Source: Candidatus Kuenenia stuttgartensis
GTDB lineage: Bacteria > Planctomycetota > Planctomycetia > Pirellulales > UBA1268
Reading direction: 5' to 3'
DNA length: 64,000 nt
NCBI GenBank assembly: GCA_945897435.1
Contig: CAMDFJ010000001.1
Span: 13,072-77,071, forward strand
Shown here: positions 18,327 to 27,607 of the stretch, in pieces
Numbering within the stretch: position 1 is the first letter of the stretch
How the letters are laid out: every line of letters starts with the position of its first letter
Program-made: the position numbers and the translations under genes
Notes under the pieces: model-generated
Seen by the model: the letters and a program-made list of their open reading frames with translations, nothing else
Told to the model about the DNA's origin: nothing
Databases searched by the model: none

Positions 18327-19844
18327 GTGAAGAAGCGTTTGACATTCAGTTTCCTGCCGTGGGTTGCGGCCGCCGGCGTGTGCCTCGGCGGATCCTTCGC
18401 CCGCAGCGACGAGGGTTCGGTTCTGGTGGAGGGTGATGCCGCCGCCGCAGCGCCGGCCGCCGCCGCGTCGGAGGCTCCTGCCTCCGCCGACGCCTGCATG
18501 AAGACGGTGAAGGTGTGGAAGGTTGTCCCGGAGATCCGGGAAGTGGAGAGCACGGAGTGGACGACCGAGGTGCGTGAGCGTTCGTTCACGGTCACCAAGA
18601 AGGTGCCGCGGATCGAGGAGCGGACGCGGAACTACACGGTGATGGTCCCGGAACAGCGATCGAAGTCGGTGAACTACACCGTCAACATCAACGTTCCCGA
18701 GACCCGGACCGCGACCTACAACGTCTCGGTTCCCTACACCGAGAGCCGTGAGGAGTCCTACACGGTCTGCGTGCCGGTCAAGGAAGAGCGGACCCGGACC
18801 TGGAAGGTGAACGTCCCCTACACCGAGCAGGTCGAGCAGGCCTACACGGTGATGGTGCCGGTCACGGAGCAGCGGACGGCCAGCTACAAGGTGAACGTGC
18901 CCTACACCGAGCAGCGGACGGCCAGCTACAAGGTGAACGTGCCCTACACCGAGCAGGTCGAGCAGGCCTACACGGTGAACGTGCCCTACACCGAAGAGAT
19001 GACCGGCTATCGCACGGTTTCGAAGCGGGTGCCCGTCAAGAGCACGAAGACGGTGACCTGCCGCGGCGGCCACTGGGTGACCGAGGCCAAGGAGATTTCC
19101 GCCAACGGCAAGTATGACGCCGCCGGCAATCCCTGCTGCCCGAAGGTCGTCTGCTGCCGCAAGTGGGTTCCCACCTGCGAGACGAAGGAGATCGAGGTCA
19201 CGATGTGGAAGGTCGAGTGCGAGCAGGTTCCCTACACCTACTGCGTGAAGAAGAGCCGCTGCGAGCAGCGGACCCGCACTGTGTGTGTCCACAAGACCCG
19301 CTGCGAGGAGCGGACCCGCAACTACTGCGTGACCCTCTCCCGCTGCGAGGAACGGACCCGCAACTACTGCGTCACGAAGATGGTGCCGGAAGCCCGGACC
19401 CGGATGATCTGCGTGAACAAGTCGCGCTGCGAAGAGCGGTCGGCGACCTACTGCGTCACGAAGATGGTTCCGGAAACCCGGACCCGCACGGTCTGTGTCC
19501 GCAAGTGCCGCACCGAAACTCGCACCCGCGAGTACACGGTCAACACCTGCGTTCCCGAGACCCGGACCAAGGAGGTCTGCTACACGGTGATGGTGCCGGT
19601 CCAGAAGACCGCCAGCTACAGCGTGTGCGTCAGCGACAACGTCTCGGAGACCAAGTCCGAGTCGTATGTCGTCCGCGTGCCCAAGAAGGTCACGAAGTCG
19701 GTCTGCGTCAAGGTTCGCAAGTGCGTCGAGGAGCAGGTTCCGGCGAATGACGGTTGTGGCTGTGCCGACTCGGCCGGCGACAACGGCAACGGCGGCAACG
19801 GTGGTCTTCTCGGCCACGGCCTTCGCTGCCGCAAGGGCTGCTAG
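18327..19844 (+). CDS. YTV-repeat secreted protein with a Cys-rich C-terminal repeat half
   Basis: GGAGG lies 5-6 nt before GTG 18327, giving (M)KKRLTFSFLPWVAAAGVCLGGSFA as signal peptide. More than 15 repeats of the type R..YTV.VP / SYKVNVPYTEQ. The second half has C..RTR..CV repeats. The YTV repeat family is known from Rhodopirellula (Pfam YTV, recalled). Confidence 0.8.
   Translation: MKKRLTFSFLPWVAAAGVCLGGSFARSDEGSVLVEGDAAAAAPAAAASEAPASADACMKTVKVWKVVPEIREVESTEWTTEVRERSFTVTKKVPRIEERTRNYTVMVPEQRSKSVNYTVNINVPETRTATYNVSVPYTESREESYTVCVPVKEERTRTWKVNVPYTEQVEQAYTVMVPVTEQRTASYKVNVPYTEQRTASYKVNVPYTEQVEQAYTVNVPYTEEMTGYRTVSKRVPVKSTKTVTCRGGHWVTEAKEISANGKYDAAGNPCCPKVVCCRKWVPTCETKEIEVTMWKVECEQVPYTYCVKKSRCEQRTRTVCVHKTRCEERTRNYCVTLSRCEERTRNYCVTKMVPEARTRMICVNKSRCEERSATYCVTKMVPETRTRTVCVRKCRTETRTREYTVNTCVPETRTKEVCYTVMVPVQKTASYSVCVSDNVSETKSESYVVRVPKKVTKSVCVKVRKCVEEQVPANDGCGCADSAGDNGNGGNGGLLGHGLRCRKGC
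18867..18950 (+). repeat. Perfect 42-bp tandem duplication inside the YTV gene
   Basis: GAGCAGCGGACGGCCAGCTACAAGGTGAACGTGCCCTACACC at 18867-18908 and again at 18909-18950. It encodes EQRTASYKVNVPYT twice. Confidence 0.95.
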
Positions 19845-19880
19845 TCCGCCGGGTCCCCCTCGGGACCGCGACGGCTGAAA

Positions 19881-21275
19881 TCACGCGGGCCGGACGGGCA
19901 ACCGTCCGGCCCGCGGTCGTTTGTGGCCGGTTTCGTGCCGCAGGCGGCGGTCCATCGACTCGACCAGGCGTTCGAGTCGGCGGCGGTATGAATGGTGCTC
20001 GACCTCGAGCAGATGCCGCGGCGAGTCGATGTAGCGAATCTTTCGGCGGGGCTCGGGCCGCTGCCGTATTCGATACAGCCAGGCGCTGGCCCGGGGACTC
20101 GTGCGGCTGGCCGCCGCCATTCTGGCCACGAGGCGGGCCTGGACGTCGGTGATGCCCCACTGACCGCTGTCGGGCTGGATCAGGCCGACGACGGCGATGT
20201 CGTCGCGGGTTGGATGGAGGAGGTTCATGAACAGCCGCGGGCAGCCGCCGGCGACCCGCAGGTGCTCGTCTTCGATGAATGGATGCGTGATCCGGTAGCC
20301 GGTCGCGGCGATGACGACGTCGAAGACCTCGCGGCGACCGTCGCGAAACAGGACGCTCTCCCCCTCGAATGCGGCCACGTCGGCGGCCGGCTCGATCGCC
20401 CCCGCGTCGATCTGGCCGCAGAGATGCTCGTTGACCACCGGATGGGTCTCGAAAAGGGCGTGGTCGGGCCGCGGCAGCCCGTGCCGCCATGGCAGACCGA
20501 TCGTGCGGTCGATCGCCCGCAGGCCGACGAGCCTGCGCAGCCAGAGCGGCGCCCCCATCCTCAGCAGCCGTTCGCCCCGCAGGTCGGCGGGCCTGCCGAG
20601 CACGAACCTCGGCACGATGAAGTAGCCGCGGCGGATCGAGAGCACGGTTCGGGCCGCATGCCGGGAGCATTCGACGGCGATGTCCGAGCCCGAGTTGCCG
20701 CCGCCGATCACGAGCACCCGCCGGCCGGCGATCTCGACCGGCTGCGTGGGGGAGGCATACTCGGCCGCATGAAGCAGCCTGCCTGCGAACCGGCCCGGGA
20801 TCTCGGGCCAGCGGGGCTCGCGATTGTGGCCCGAGGCGATCACGACCCCCGCATACCGCCGCGGTTCGCGGCCGGAGGCATGCACGATCCAGCCGCCGGG
20901 GCAAGAGTCACCGGCGGCCGGCGCCGGCTCCAGTCGCTCGACCGAGATGCCCGTCGCGATCTTCGACGTGAGCCCGAAGTGCTGTGCGTAGCGACGCAGA
21001 TAGTCGAGACACTGCTGATGGTCGGGATAGGCGGGCCAATTCCGGGGCATCGGAAAGTCGGAGAACTCCGTCAGCCGCCTGGAGCTGATCAGCCGGGTCG
21101 AGGCGAAGACCCGGGATGACGGCGAGCCAAACCGCCAGTTGCCGCCGAGAGCATCCTCGCGTTCGAGACACTCTGCCTCGATTCCGACCGCGAGCAGGTT
21201 TTTCAGGGCGGTCAGCCCCGAGGGCCCTGCGCCGATGACGCACCAGCTGCCCGGAGACGAGACGGTGTCAGGCAT
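19881..21275 (-). CDS. Flavin-containing (class B) monooxygenase
   Basis: CVIGAGPSGLTA (FAD GxGxxG), FAGRLLHAAEY (FMO-type FxGxxxHxxxY) and VLVIGGGNSGSDIA (NADPH GxGxxG). ATG at 21275 overlaps the bioF stop (ATGCCTGA). Confidence 0.8.
   Translation of the reverse strand: MPDTVSSPGSWCVIGAGPSGLTALKNLLAVGIEAECLEREDALGGNWRFGSPSSRVFASTRLISSRRLTEFSDFPMPRNWPAYPDHQQCLDYLRRYAQHFGLTSKIATGISVERLEPAPAAGDSCPGGWIVHASGREPRRYAGVVIASGHNREPRWPEIPGRFAGRLLHAAEYASPTQPVEIAGRRVLVIGGGNSGSDIAVECSRHAARTVLSIRRGYFIVPRFVLGRPADLRGERLLRMGAPLWLRRLVGLRAIDRTIGLPWRHGLPRPDHALFETHPVVNEHLCGQIDAGAIEPAADVAAFEGESVLFRDGRREVFDVVIAATGYRITHPFIEDEHLRVAGGCPRLFMNLLHPTRDDIAVVGLIQPDSGQWGITDVQARLVARMAAASRTSPRASAWLYRIRQRPEPRRKIRYIDSPRHLLEVEHHSYRRRLERLVESMDRRLRHETGHKRPRAGRLPVRPA
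19885..19914 (+). terminator. 13-bp-stem hairpin downstream of the YTV gene (overlaps the 3' end of the convergent FMO gene)
   Basis: GCGGGCCGGACGG-GCAA-CCGTCCGGCCCGC followed by GGTCGTTTGT. The U-tract is weak. Confidence 0.4.
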
Positions 21276-22437
21276 GGCAGAACTCGGTGATCGCATCGGC
21301 AAGTCGCTCGAGGTCGGAAGTGGTGTGGTGCCAGGAGAGGCTCGCCCGCACGAGGCTGCCATTTTCCGGCACGCTCGGCGGTCGAATCGCAGGCACGAAG
21401 AAGCCCTGATCGGCGAGCCGGGCCGCCAGGGTCACGGCTGCCGCCGGGCTTCCGGCGGCAATCGGCACGATCTGGGCTTCGGCGGCGCCAGAGTCGATGC
21501 CGCGGCTGTGGAGCCTTTCGCGAAAGTCGGCGGCCCGGGCGAGCAGTTCGCGGCGTCGGGCTGGTTCTTCGGCGAAAAGGCCGATGGCCCGGGTTGCCGC
21601 CGCTGCGACGGCCGGCGGATGGGCCGTGGAGAAGATCCAGGCCCGCGCGGTGTGACGCAGCCAGTGGATCAACTCTGCCCCGCCGGCCACGAACCCACCG
21701 GCAGCCCCGACCGCCTTCGAGAGGGTGCCGATCCGGATCTGGACGCCGTCGGCGCAGCCCATCTCTTCGACGAGCCCGCTGCCCCGCCGGCCAAACACTC
21801 CCGTCGCATGAGCCTCGTCCACGAGCAGCATCGCGTCGTGCCGTCGGGCGAGGTCGCTGAGGCCGTTCAGGGGGGCGATCGTGCCGTCCATCGAGAACAG
21901 CGAGTCGGTCACGATCAGCCGGCGCCGGCTGTCGGCGGCCGCCGCGAGCAGGCGATCGAGGGCGGAGAGATCGCGGTGGGGATAGATGCAGACCCGGGCC
22001 CGGGAGAGCCTGCAGCCGTCGATGATGCTCGCGTGGTTGCGTGCGTCGCTGGCGATCAGGTCGTCGGGGCCGACGAGCGCGGCGATCGTGGCCGTGTTGG
22101 CGGCGAAGCCGCTGGGGAAGACGAGCGCCGCCTCGACGTCGAGCATTCCGGCGATCGCGGCCTCGAGCCGCTCGTGGGCCAGCGAGTGGCCGCTCACCAA
22201 GGGGCTCGCTCCGGCCCCGAAGCCCTCGGCACAGGCCCCCTTCGAGGCGGCCTTCGTGAGCCGCACGTCTCCGGCATAGCCGAGGTAGTCGTTGGAGCCG
22301 AAATTGAGCAGCCTGCGGCCGTCGAGCACGACCTCGCGGCCCTGCCTGCCGTCCCGCACCCGGGCGGGCCGTTCGAGGCCGGCGGTGCGGATCACCGCGA
22401 TCTCATCGTCGATCCAGCGCAGTGATCTGGGAAGCAC
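21268..22437 (-). CDS. bioF: 8-amino-7-oxononanoate synthase-type alpha-oxoamine synthase
   Basis: LLNFGSNDYLGYA, SGHSLAHERLE, LIVTDSLFSMDG, VDEAHATGVFG and GTLSKAVGAAGGF (PLP lysine). GTG start at 22437, 2 nt after the EVE-gene stop. The longer track ORF (to 22821) would overlap the EVE gene. Confidence 0.8.
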   Translation of the reverse strand: MLPRSLRWIDDEIAVIRTAGLERPARVRDGRQGREVVLDGRRLLNFGSNDYLGYAGDVRLTKAASKGACAEGFGAGASPLVSGHSLAHERLEAAIAGMLDVEAALVFPSGFAANTATIAALVGPDDLIASDARNHASIIDGCRLSRARVCIYPHRDLSALDRLLAAAADSRRRLIVTDSLFSMDGTIAPLNGLSDLARRHDAMLLVDEAHATGVFGRRGSGLVEEMGCADGVQIRIGTLSKAVGAAGGFVAGGAELIHWLRHTARAWIFSTAHPPAVAAAATRAIGLFAEEPARRRELLARAADFRERLHSRGIDSGAAEAQIVPIAAGSPAAAVTLAARLADQGFFVPAIRPPSVPENGSLVRASLSWHHTTSDLERLADAITEFCHA

Positions 22438-22439
22438 GG

Positions 22440-22901
22440 CTATGTCGCGGCGAGTTTCTGGATGGTGCGAAACTCGGCGGGCGTCACGGGGTGCACCGAG
22501 AGCCGGCTGCCGCGACGGAGCAGTTCCATTCCGGCAAGGGCCTTCAGCCCACGAAGTTCGTCGAGGGGAATCTCGCGGGGAAAAATCTCGACGAGCTTCA
22601 CGTCGACCATCGACCAGATGGGGTTGTCGGGCGAGGCCTTCGGGTCGTGGTAATCGCTCCGGGGATCCCAGGCGGCCGGATCGGGATAGGCCTCGCGAAC
22701 GATCTCGACGGTTCCCGCCACGGCGGAGGGTGTCGCATTCGAGTGATAGAAGAGGGCCAGGTCTCCCCGCTTCATCGCCCGGAGAAAGTTGCGTGCCTGG
22801 TAGTTTCGCACGCCCTCCCAATGGGTCGTCTTGCGAGGTGCCTTGGCGAGATCCCGGATCGAAAACACCTCCGGCTCGCTCTTGATCAACCAGTGCCTCA
22901 T
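22440..22901 (-). CDS. EVE (PUA-like) domain protein
   Basis: ATG at 22901: MRHWLIKSEPEVFSIRDL...WEGVRNYQARNFLRAMKRGDLALFYHSN. The track start at 22958 runs into the REP element. Confidence 0.8.
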   Translation of the reverse strand: MRHWLIKSEPEVFSIRDLAKAPRKTTHWEGVRNYQARNFLRAMKRGDLALFYHSNATPSAVAGTVEIVREAYPDPAAWDPRSDYHDPKASPDNPIWSMVDVKLVEIFPREIPLDELRGLKALAGMELLRRGSRLSVHPVTPAEFRTIQKLAAT

Positions 22902-22934
22902 GCCGTCAGGATACCATCCCGACACGGCATCCAT

Positions 22935-22952
22935 GACAGGCTGAAGCCTGTC
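22935..22952 (-). repeat. REP-like palindromic element, copy 4 (core)
   Basis: GACAGGCTGAAGCCTGTC followed by CCACATCGGGCGGCGTCAGG, the reverse complement of the extended consensus. It lies between the TamB-like stop (22968) and the EVE start. Confidence 0.9.
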
Positions 22953-22967
22953 CCACATCGGGCGGCG

Positions 22968-25900
22968 TCAGGGCGTGGCGCCGGCGGGGGGCTGGGGGTT
23001 GCCGAAGAGTTCCTCGAGGCCCCGGGAGAGGCCGTCGCCGATGATGGCCTCTGCCGTGTTCTCCACCATCCGGCCGAGAATCTTCTCGATTGCCGAGGCA
23101 TCGAACTGCGGGCGTTGGACAGTACCGCGGAGCGGGATCAAAAGCGGGGTTCGCATCAACTGGCCGATCACGGGCGTCGTGCCGGCGAGATCGCCGCGAA
23201 AGGCCACCTCCGCGGCCATCGCCAGCGAGCCGTCGGAGCCGACACTGCCGCCGGAACGGATCACGAGCTGGCCCATGTCCATCACGAGGCCCTCGTGCCA
23301 GAGCCTGCGATCGGCGAGCCGGATCCGCACCGGGTCTGGCCGCACCCGCATCAGCACCGCCTTGTCGCCAAACGCAAACCGCGGGTCGATGATCGATTGC
23401 AATTTGACGAGCAGGTTGGCGAACGGCTGCAGCATCGGCCCCGGTGCGACCTCGAGGTTTTCGAAGATCAGCTGCCCCTCCATCTCTCCGCCGAATGGAT
23501 CGGCCAGCGGCAATCGCCCGCCGGAGACATCGACGCTCATCAGTCCCTGGGTTCGGGTGGAGCGGCCGATGAGCGGCGCGACCCAGGCGATCCACTGTTC
23601 GCAGAGCCTGTTCGAGAGCGTCACCCGATCGACCACCCGGCCCGGCGGCAGAACCAGTTGAACCGGCGCCGGCAGCAGCCTGATCCAGGGGGCCCCCCGC
23701 AGTCTGCCGCCCGAGGCCGCGATCTCGAAGGGCCCGAATGCGAGCTGCCCCTCGAACAGTCGCAGCGGCATTTCGCCGGCTTCGATCTGGAAGCCGTCGA
23801 TGTCGGCAGCGGTCCAGGCCGCCGATGTGTCGATCGCCACGTTCCGCAGCCATTCGCCCGATGTCGCCGGCCGCGATCCTGGCCCGGCGACCGGCAGCGT
23901 CATCCTGACCGGCCGCTCCAGCTCCTGACCATCCCGCGAGCGCATCGCCGAAAGCCAATCATCGGGCAGCGGCACTGTCTCGGTCTTGGGAGGCGGCTGC
24001 GGGCCGTCGCGACGGACGATCCTGGCTGCGAGGCTTTGGTCGCCGACAAGTGCCGTCACGACAGCGTCGAGCGGGGCACGCACGGCGAATGGTCGAGCAT
24101 CCCCGCCCGCCATTCGCAGACGACCTCCTGTCCAGGGGCTCATGAGCCGCGAAAGCATCGACCAGTCGTAGGTCAGCGTTCCGCCGATGTCGACCAGCGG
24201 CCGCGACGACCAGCCATCGACACTCCCTGCGGCCGCCATGGTGACGGTCGAAGATTCCAGGGCGAGGCGGTCGACCGTCATCCGATCGGAGGCAGACTGG
24301 CCGGCAACCGCTGCTGGCCGCGTCACCTCGAGGACGGCCCGGGCACGCGGCTCCGCCCAGATCTCCCGGGCCGGCGTGGCCTGATCGGTGGTGGATGCCT
24401 CGGCGAGCCTGAGCTGGTTGCCGGTGGCGTCGATGAGCACGTTCATCCCGGCCGGCGTGTCGATGATCTCGAGCGTCCCCCAGGCACGGCCGTTGGCTGC
24501 AAAGCGGGCTGCCGTCGCCGGAGCGACGACCCATTTTTCAAGTCTGGCAACATCGGCCTGCCACTGGGCCCGGCCACGCAGACCGTCGAGCAGGCCAAAC
24601 AGCGGGTCGGACCGACCGCCTTCTGATGGCTGCCGCAGCACGAGCCCGCCGGTCCGCAGCGACACCGTGGCCGAGAGCATCTCCGCCGAAGAAATTTCGA
24701 TCCGGTCGTTCGCCGGGTCAAACATTCCCGCGGCGCTGGCCACCACCCGTGGCTCCGTCACCTTCCAGCCATCCGAGGCGGCCGTGAGCTTCTCGATCTC
24801 GGCTCCCGCGCGGCGAATCTGCCAGGCCGTCGCCCGACAGGCAAGTGCGGCCGAGGCCTGCACCCGGCCTCCGAAGCGGAGACCGTCGCCGCAGCCGAAG
24901 TCGCCAAGCAGAGCCATCAGCCGCGGCTGCCAGCGGCCGATGTCGCCCGCCAGTGACCAGTCGGCGGAGAGTCCTTCGGAGTCGGCGGCGGCCCGCACCC
25001 AGGGGGCAGCGACAGCGAATGCGGCCAGAGGATTGACGATCGCACCGCCGGTGAGCGTCATTTCGAGCCGGTCGTCTCCGGCGACGACGAGGCCGCGGGC
25101 CGTATCGACGACCGCGGCGCCACCGGCCAGACTGCCGGTGCTGTCGAGTTCGAGCCTGATCTCATCGTCCCTCCAGGTCGGCCGACCTGGGGCGGACCAG
25201 GAAAAGTTTGCGAGGCTCGCAGCCAGTCGGCCGGTGGAGAGCCCCGCCGTCGCGGCCGCCTTGAGCTCGCCACTCCCGCGGCAGATGCCTGCCAGCGAGT
25301 GGCCACGCAGATCGAGCAGGTCGGCGAAGGCCGGCATCAGGGCGTCGAGATCGATCGTCCATTGCACGGTCGAGGCTTCGGCCGTGCCGGCCGCCGACAC
25401 CTCGACGGCGGGCGAGGCGATCCGCGCCTCCTCGATCCGCAGCCGCTCACCGGCTGCAGCCCCGCGACGGCCCCGCAGCCAGGCCGTGAAGGGGTCGTTC
25501 CAACGCAGCTGCCGTTCTCCCTGCACCGCGGCGACATCGCGGGACGTGGCCCGCAGTTCGAGCACTCGGTCGGAACCGTCGGCATGCGCCGAAGCGGCGA
25601 TCTGGATCTGGCCGGCGGTGATCCGCACGTCGGGCCGCACCTGCAGTCCGCCCGGGATCGCCCGCGCAGCGGCGGTCAGATCGATCTCGGCCGCGACCGC
25701 GAAGTCGTCGTCGATGAGCGACTCGGCCCACTGCCAGGAACCATCGCGGGGTAGGCCGATCCGCCCGGATGCTTCGGCCTGAAACAGCGGCGACGATGCC
25801 TTGAGCGTGCGGATCAGCAGCGTGCGGCCGTCGGTCGACAGATCGAGCGGCAGCTCACAGCGGTCGACCGAAAGGATTTTGGTGAGGCTCTCGGAATCAC

Positions 25901-26894
25901 AGAGGGCGAACGTCCGGGCGGTCACCGAACCGGCGATCTGCAGCGATCCGCCTCCATTCTCGCGGCGCGGGTCTGCGGCCGGTGCTGGCGGAACGATCGC
26001 AAGGTCGAGCCGGATGTCAGCGAGGCCATCAACCAGATGGCTGCTGTCGAAGCGGGTCGCCCAGACGCTCGAGATGCCGAGCGGAACCCGGCTGCCAGCG
26101 ACGGCGACCGTGCGTGGAGCGTCGGCCGCGGGCGCCTCCGGCGAAGAGACCGACCAGCCACCGTCGCGGGCGAGCGACGCGGTGGCGGCGGCGGCGATCG
26201 TGGCCCGATCGAGCCGGTTCGACGTCGGATCGGCGACAGGCGTGGCCGGCCGGGTGATCGCCGCCATCAGGTCGCGGACCGGCTCGCCGGCATGCACCAC
26301 ACGTCCCGACACCGCCCAGCCCGAGGCAATCGAGGCATCGCGGATCGTGGTCGCGGCCACGAGTTCCGTGATCCGCCATGCATCCCGACGGGCAAGGTCG
26401 ACGAGTTCGACCGCCCCATCGACGAGTTCGAGTTCGCAGGCCAAGGGGACGGACGCCGGCTGCGACCAGGTCGCCAGCCAGGGGGCGAGAATGTCCTCCA
26501 GATTGCTGCCGCCCGGCCGCACCTCCACCAGACCCTCGCCGCCGATGAGCCGGATGGTGCCGAGGTTGCCAGGGTCGATGGCGAGCGCGGCCAGACCCCG
26601 GTCGCTGACCAGCCGCTTGATCACGATCACGGGCCTGCCGGCACGGTCGAGGAGCACGACATCCCGATACTCGATGCCGCCAAACCAGGTCCACGAGGCC
26701 GAGCGGCTCGCCACCCTGCCGTCGATCCCGGCCAACGCCGCCGTCAGCGGCCGGTCGCGGAGTTCCGTGAGCACGAGGATCGTCGGCGCAATCCAGGCCA
26801 CCGCCAGGAGCAGGGCGAGGAGCGCCGCCGAGAATACGGGCCAGCGGCCTCGCGGCCGTCCACGAGCGCCGTGTCCGGGAAAACGTGCCTTCAT
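22968..26894 (-). CDS. Large (1308 aa) N-terminally anchored envelope protein, AsmA/TamB-like
   Basis: Basic N-terminus plus a single TM (WPVFSAALLALLLAVAWIAPTILV), then a long Ala/Gly/Arg-rich, beta-rich sequence. The general layout matches AsmA/TamB-family proteins. I verified no motif. Confidence 0.45.
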   Translation of the reverse strand: MKARFPGHGARGRPRGRWPVFSAALLALLLAVAWIAPTILVLTELRDRPLTAALAGIDGRVASRSASWTWFGGIEYRDVVLLDRAGRPVIVIKRLVSDRGLAALAIDPGNLGTIRLIGGEGLVEVRPGGSNLEDILAPWLATWSQPASVPLACELELVDGAVELVDLARRDAWRITELVAATTIRDASIASGWAVSGRVVHAGEPVRDLMAAITRPATPVADPTSNRLDRATIAAAATASLARDGGWSVSSPEAPAADAPRTVAVAGSRVPLGISSVWATRFDSSHLVDGLADIRLDLAIVPPAPAADPRRENGGGSLQIAGSVTARTFALCDSESLTKILSVDRCELPLDLSTDGRTLLIRTLKASSPLFQAEASGRIGLPRDGSWQWAESLIDDDFAVAAEIDLTAAARAIPGGLQVRPDVRITAGQIQIAASAHADGSDRVLELRATSRDVAAVQGERQLRWNDPFTAWLRGRRGAAAGERLRIEEARIASPAVEVSAAGTAEASTVQWTIDLDALMPAFADLLDLRGHSLAGICRGSGELKAAATAGLSTGRLAASLANFSWSAPGRPTWRDDEIRLELDSTGSLAGGAAVVDTARGLVVAGDDRLEMTLTGGAIVNPLAAFAVAAPWVRAAADSEGLSADWSLAGDIGRWQPRLMALLGDFGCGDGLRFGGRVQASAALACRATAWQIRRAGAEIEKLTAASDGWKVTEPRVVASAAGMFDPANDRIEISSAEMLSATVSLRTGGLVLRQPSEGGRSDPLFGLLDGLRGRAQWQADVARLEKWVVAPATAARFAANGRAWGTLEIIDTPAGMNVLIDATGNQLRLAEASTTDQATPAREIWAEPRARAVLEVTRPAAVAGQSASDRMTVDRLALESSTVTMAAAGSVDGWSSRPLVDIGGTLTYDWSMLSRLMSPWTGGRLRMAGGDARPFAVRAPLDAVVTALVGDQSLAARIVRRDGPQPPPKTETVPLPDDWLSAMRSRDGQELERPVRMTLPVAGPGSRPATSGEWLRNVAIDTSAAWTAADIDGFQIEAGEMPLRLFEGQLAFGPFEIAASGGRLRGAPWIRLLPAPVQLVLPPGRVVDRVTLSNRLCEQWIAWVAPLIGRSTRTQGLMSVDVSGGRLPLADPFGGEMEGQLIFENLEVAPGPMLQPFANLLVKLQSIIDPRFAFGDKAVLMRVRPDPVRIRLADRRLWHEGLVMDMGQLVIRSGGSVGSDGSLAMAAEVAFRGDLAGTTPVIGQLMRTPLLIPLRGTVQRPQFDASAIEKILGRMVENTAEAIIGDGLSRGLEELFGNPQPPAGATP

Positions 26895-27592
26895 GATGGC
26901 GGAGTATAGGAGGCCCCCCCACCACAGCCGTAGGTCAGTTCCCTTGAAACGCGACCGAGATCCTCGGCCGTATCGACATCCAGAAACGACCTCATCTCGG
27001 GGTCGAGGGCGGCAATCTCGGCCTCGCGCACGATCCGCACCCGGCCCTGACCGGCCAACTCAGTGGCGGCGAGCAGTCCCTTGAGGTCGTGACGACCGCC
27101 CGCGAGCCAGTTTCGCATCGCCGGCAGCAGCGACGGCCGCATCACCGACAGGAGCACCTGACGATGCCCGCCGACCTCCGGCACCGTCCACTCGGCATCC
27201 GATCCGGCGGCGATGCCAACGAGCCGACCGACCACGGCCGGCAGCAGCAGCGGCAGGTCGCAGGAGACGAGCACCGCAAGGGCAGGCTCCGGCCGGCCCT
27301 CGACCCGGGCCCGCTCGACCGAGGCCTCGATCCCGTCGACGATCCCGGAGAGGGGGCCGGCGCCAGGGACGGTGTCGCGAACCACACTCACCGGCCGCGG
27401 AAGTTCCGGCAGGGGCTCGTCGGGTGCCGCCACGACCACCAGGTCCGAGACGCTCGGGGCCAGCGCCTCGACCACCCGGGCAAGGAACGTCTTGCCCTCG
27501 AGCAGAAGCCACTCCTTCCGCGGTGCCGAGGCGTCCCCCCGACGCAATCGCCGCGAGCCACCGCCGCAGAGCAGGATCGCGACGACGTCCAT
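26891..27592 (-). CDS. MobA-like nucleotidyltransferase (NTP_transf_3 type)
   Basis: MDVVAILLCGGGSRRL (LAGGxxxRMG-like loop) and C-terminal DVDTAEDL. Its stop overlaps the TamB-like start (ATGA). Confidence 0.6.
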   Translation of the reverse strand: MDVVAILLCGGGSRRLRRGDASAPRKEWLLLEGKTFLARVVEALAPSVSDLVVVAAPDEPLPELPRPVSVVRDTVPGAGPLSGIVDGIEASVERARVEGRPEPALAVLVSCDLPLLLPAVVGRLVGIAAGSDAEWTVPEVGGHRQVLLSVMRPSLLPAMRNWLAGGRHDLKGLLAATELAGQGRVRIVREAEIAALDPEMRSFLDVDTAEDLGRVSRELTYGCGGGASYTPPS

Positions 27593-27607
27593 CCGCTCAC
27601 GCCCCGC

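Noticed and set aside
17102-18598. 498-aa minus-strand ORF spanning the Cys-rich locus
   Set aside because: The translation is Arg/Ala/Gly-rich with no motif. It crosses two REP elements and intergenic hairpins. The plus-strand genes have RBSs, signal peptides and proper GC3 bias.
22422-25782. 734-aa and 464-aa plus-strand ORFs (plus the 1308-aa gene's other shadow frames)
   Set aside because: Antisense or alternate frames of the TamB-like gene, with low-complexity Arg/Pro/Ser translations. The 22968..26894 frame is the only one with a start context (ATGA coupling), an N-terminal TM anchor and a non-repetitive sequence.
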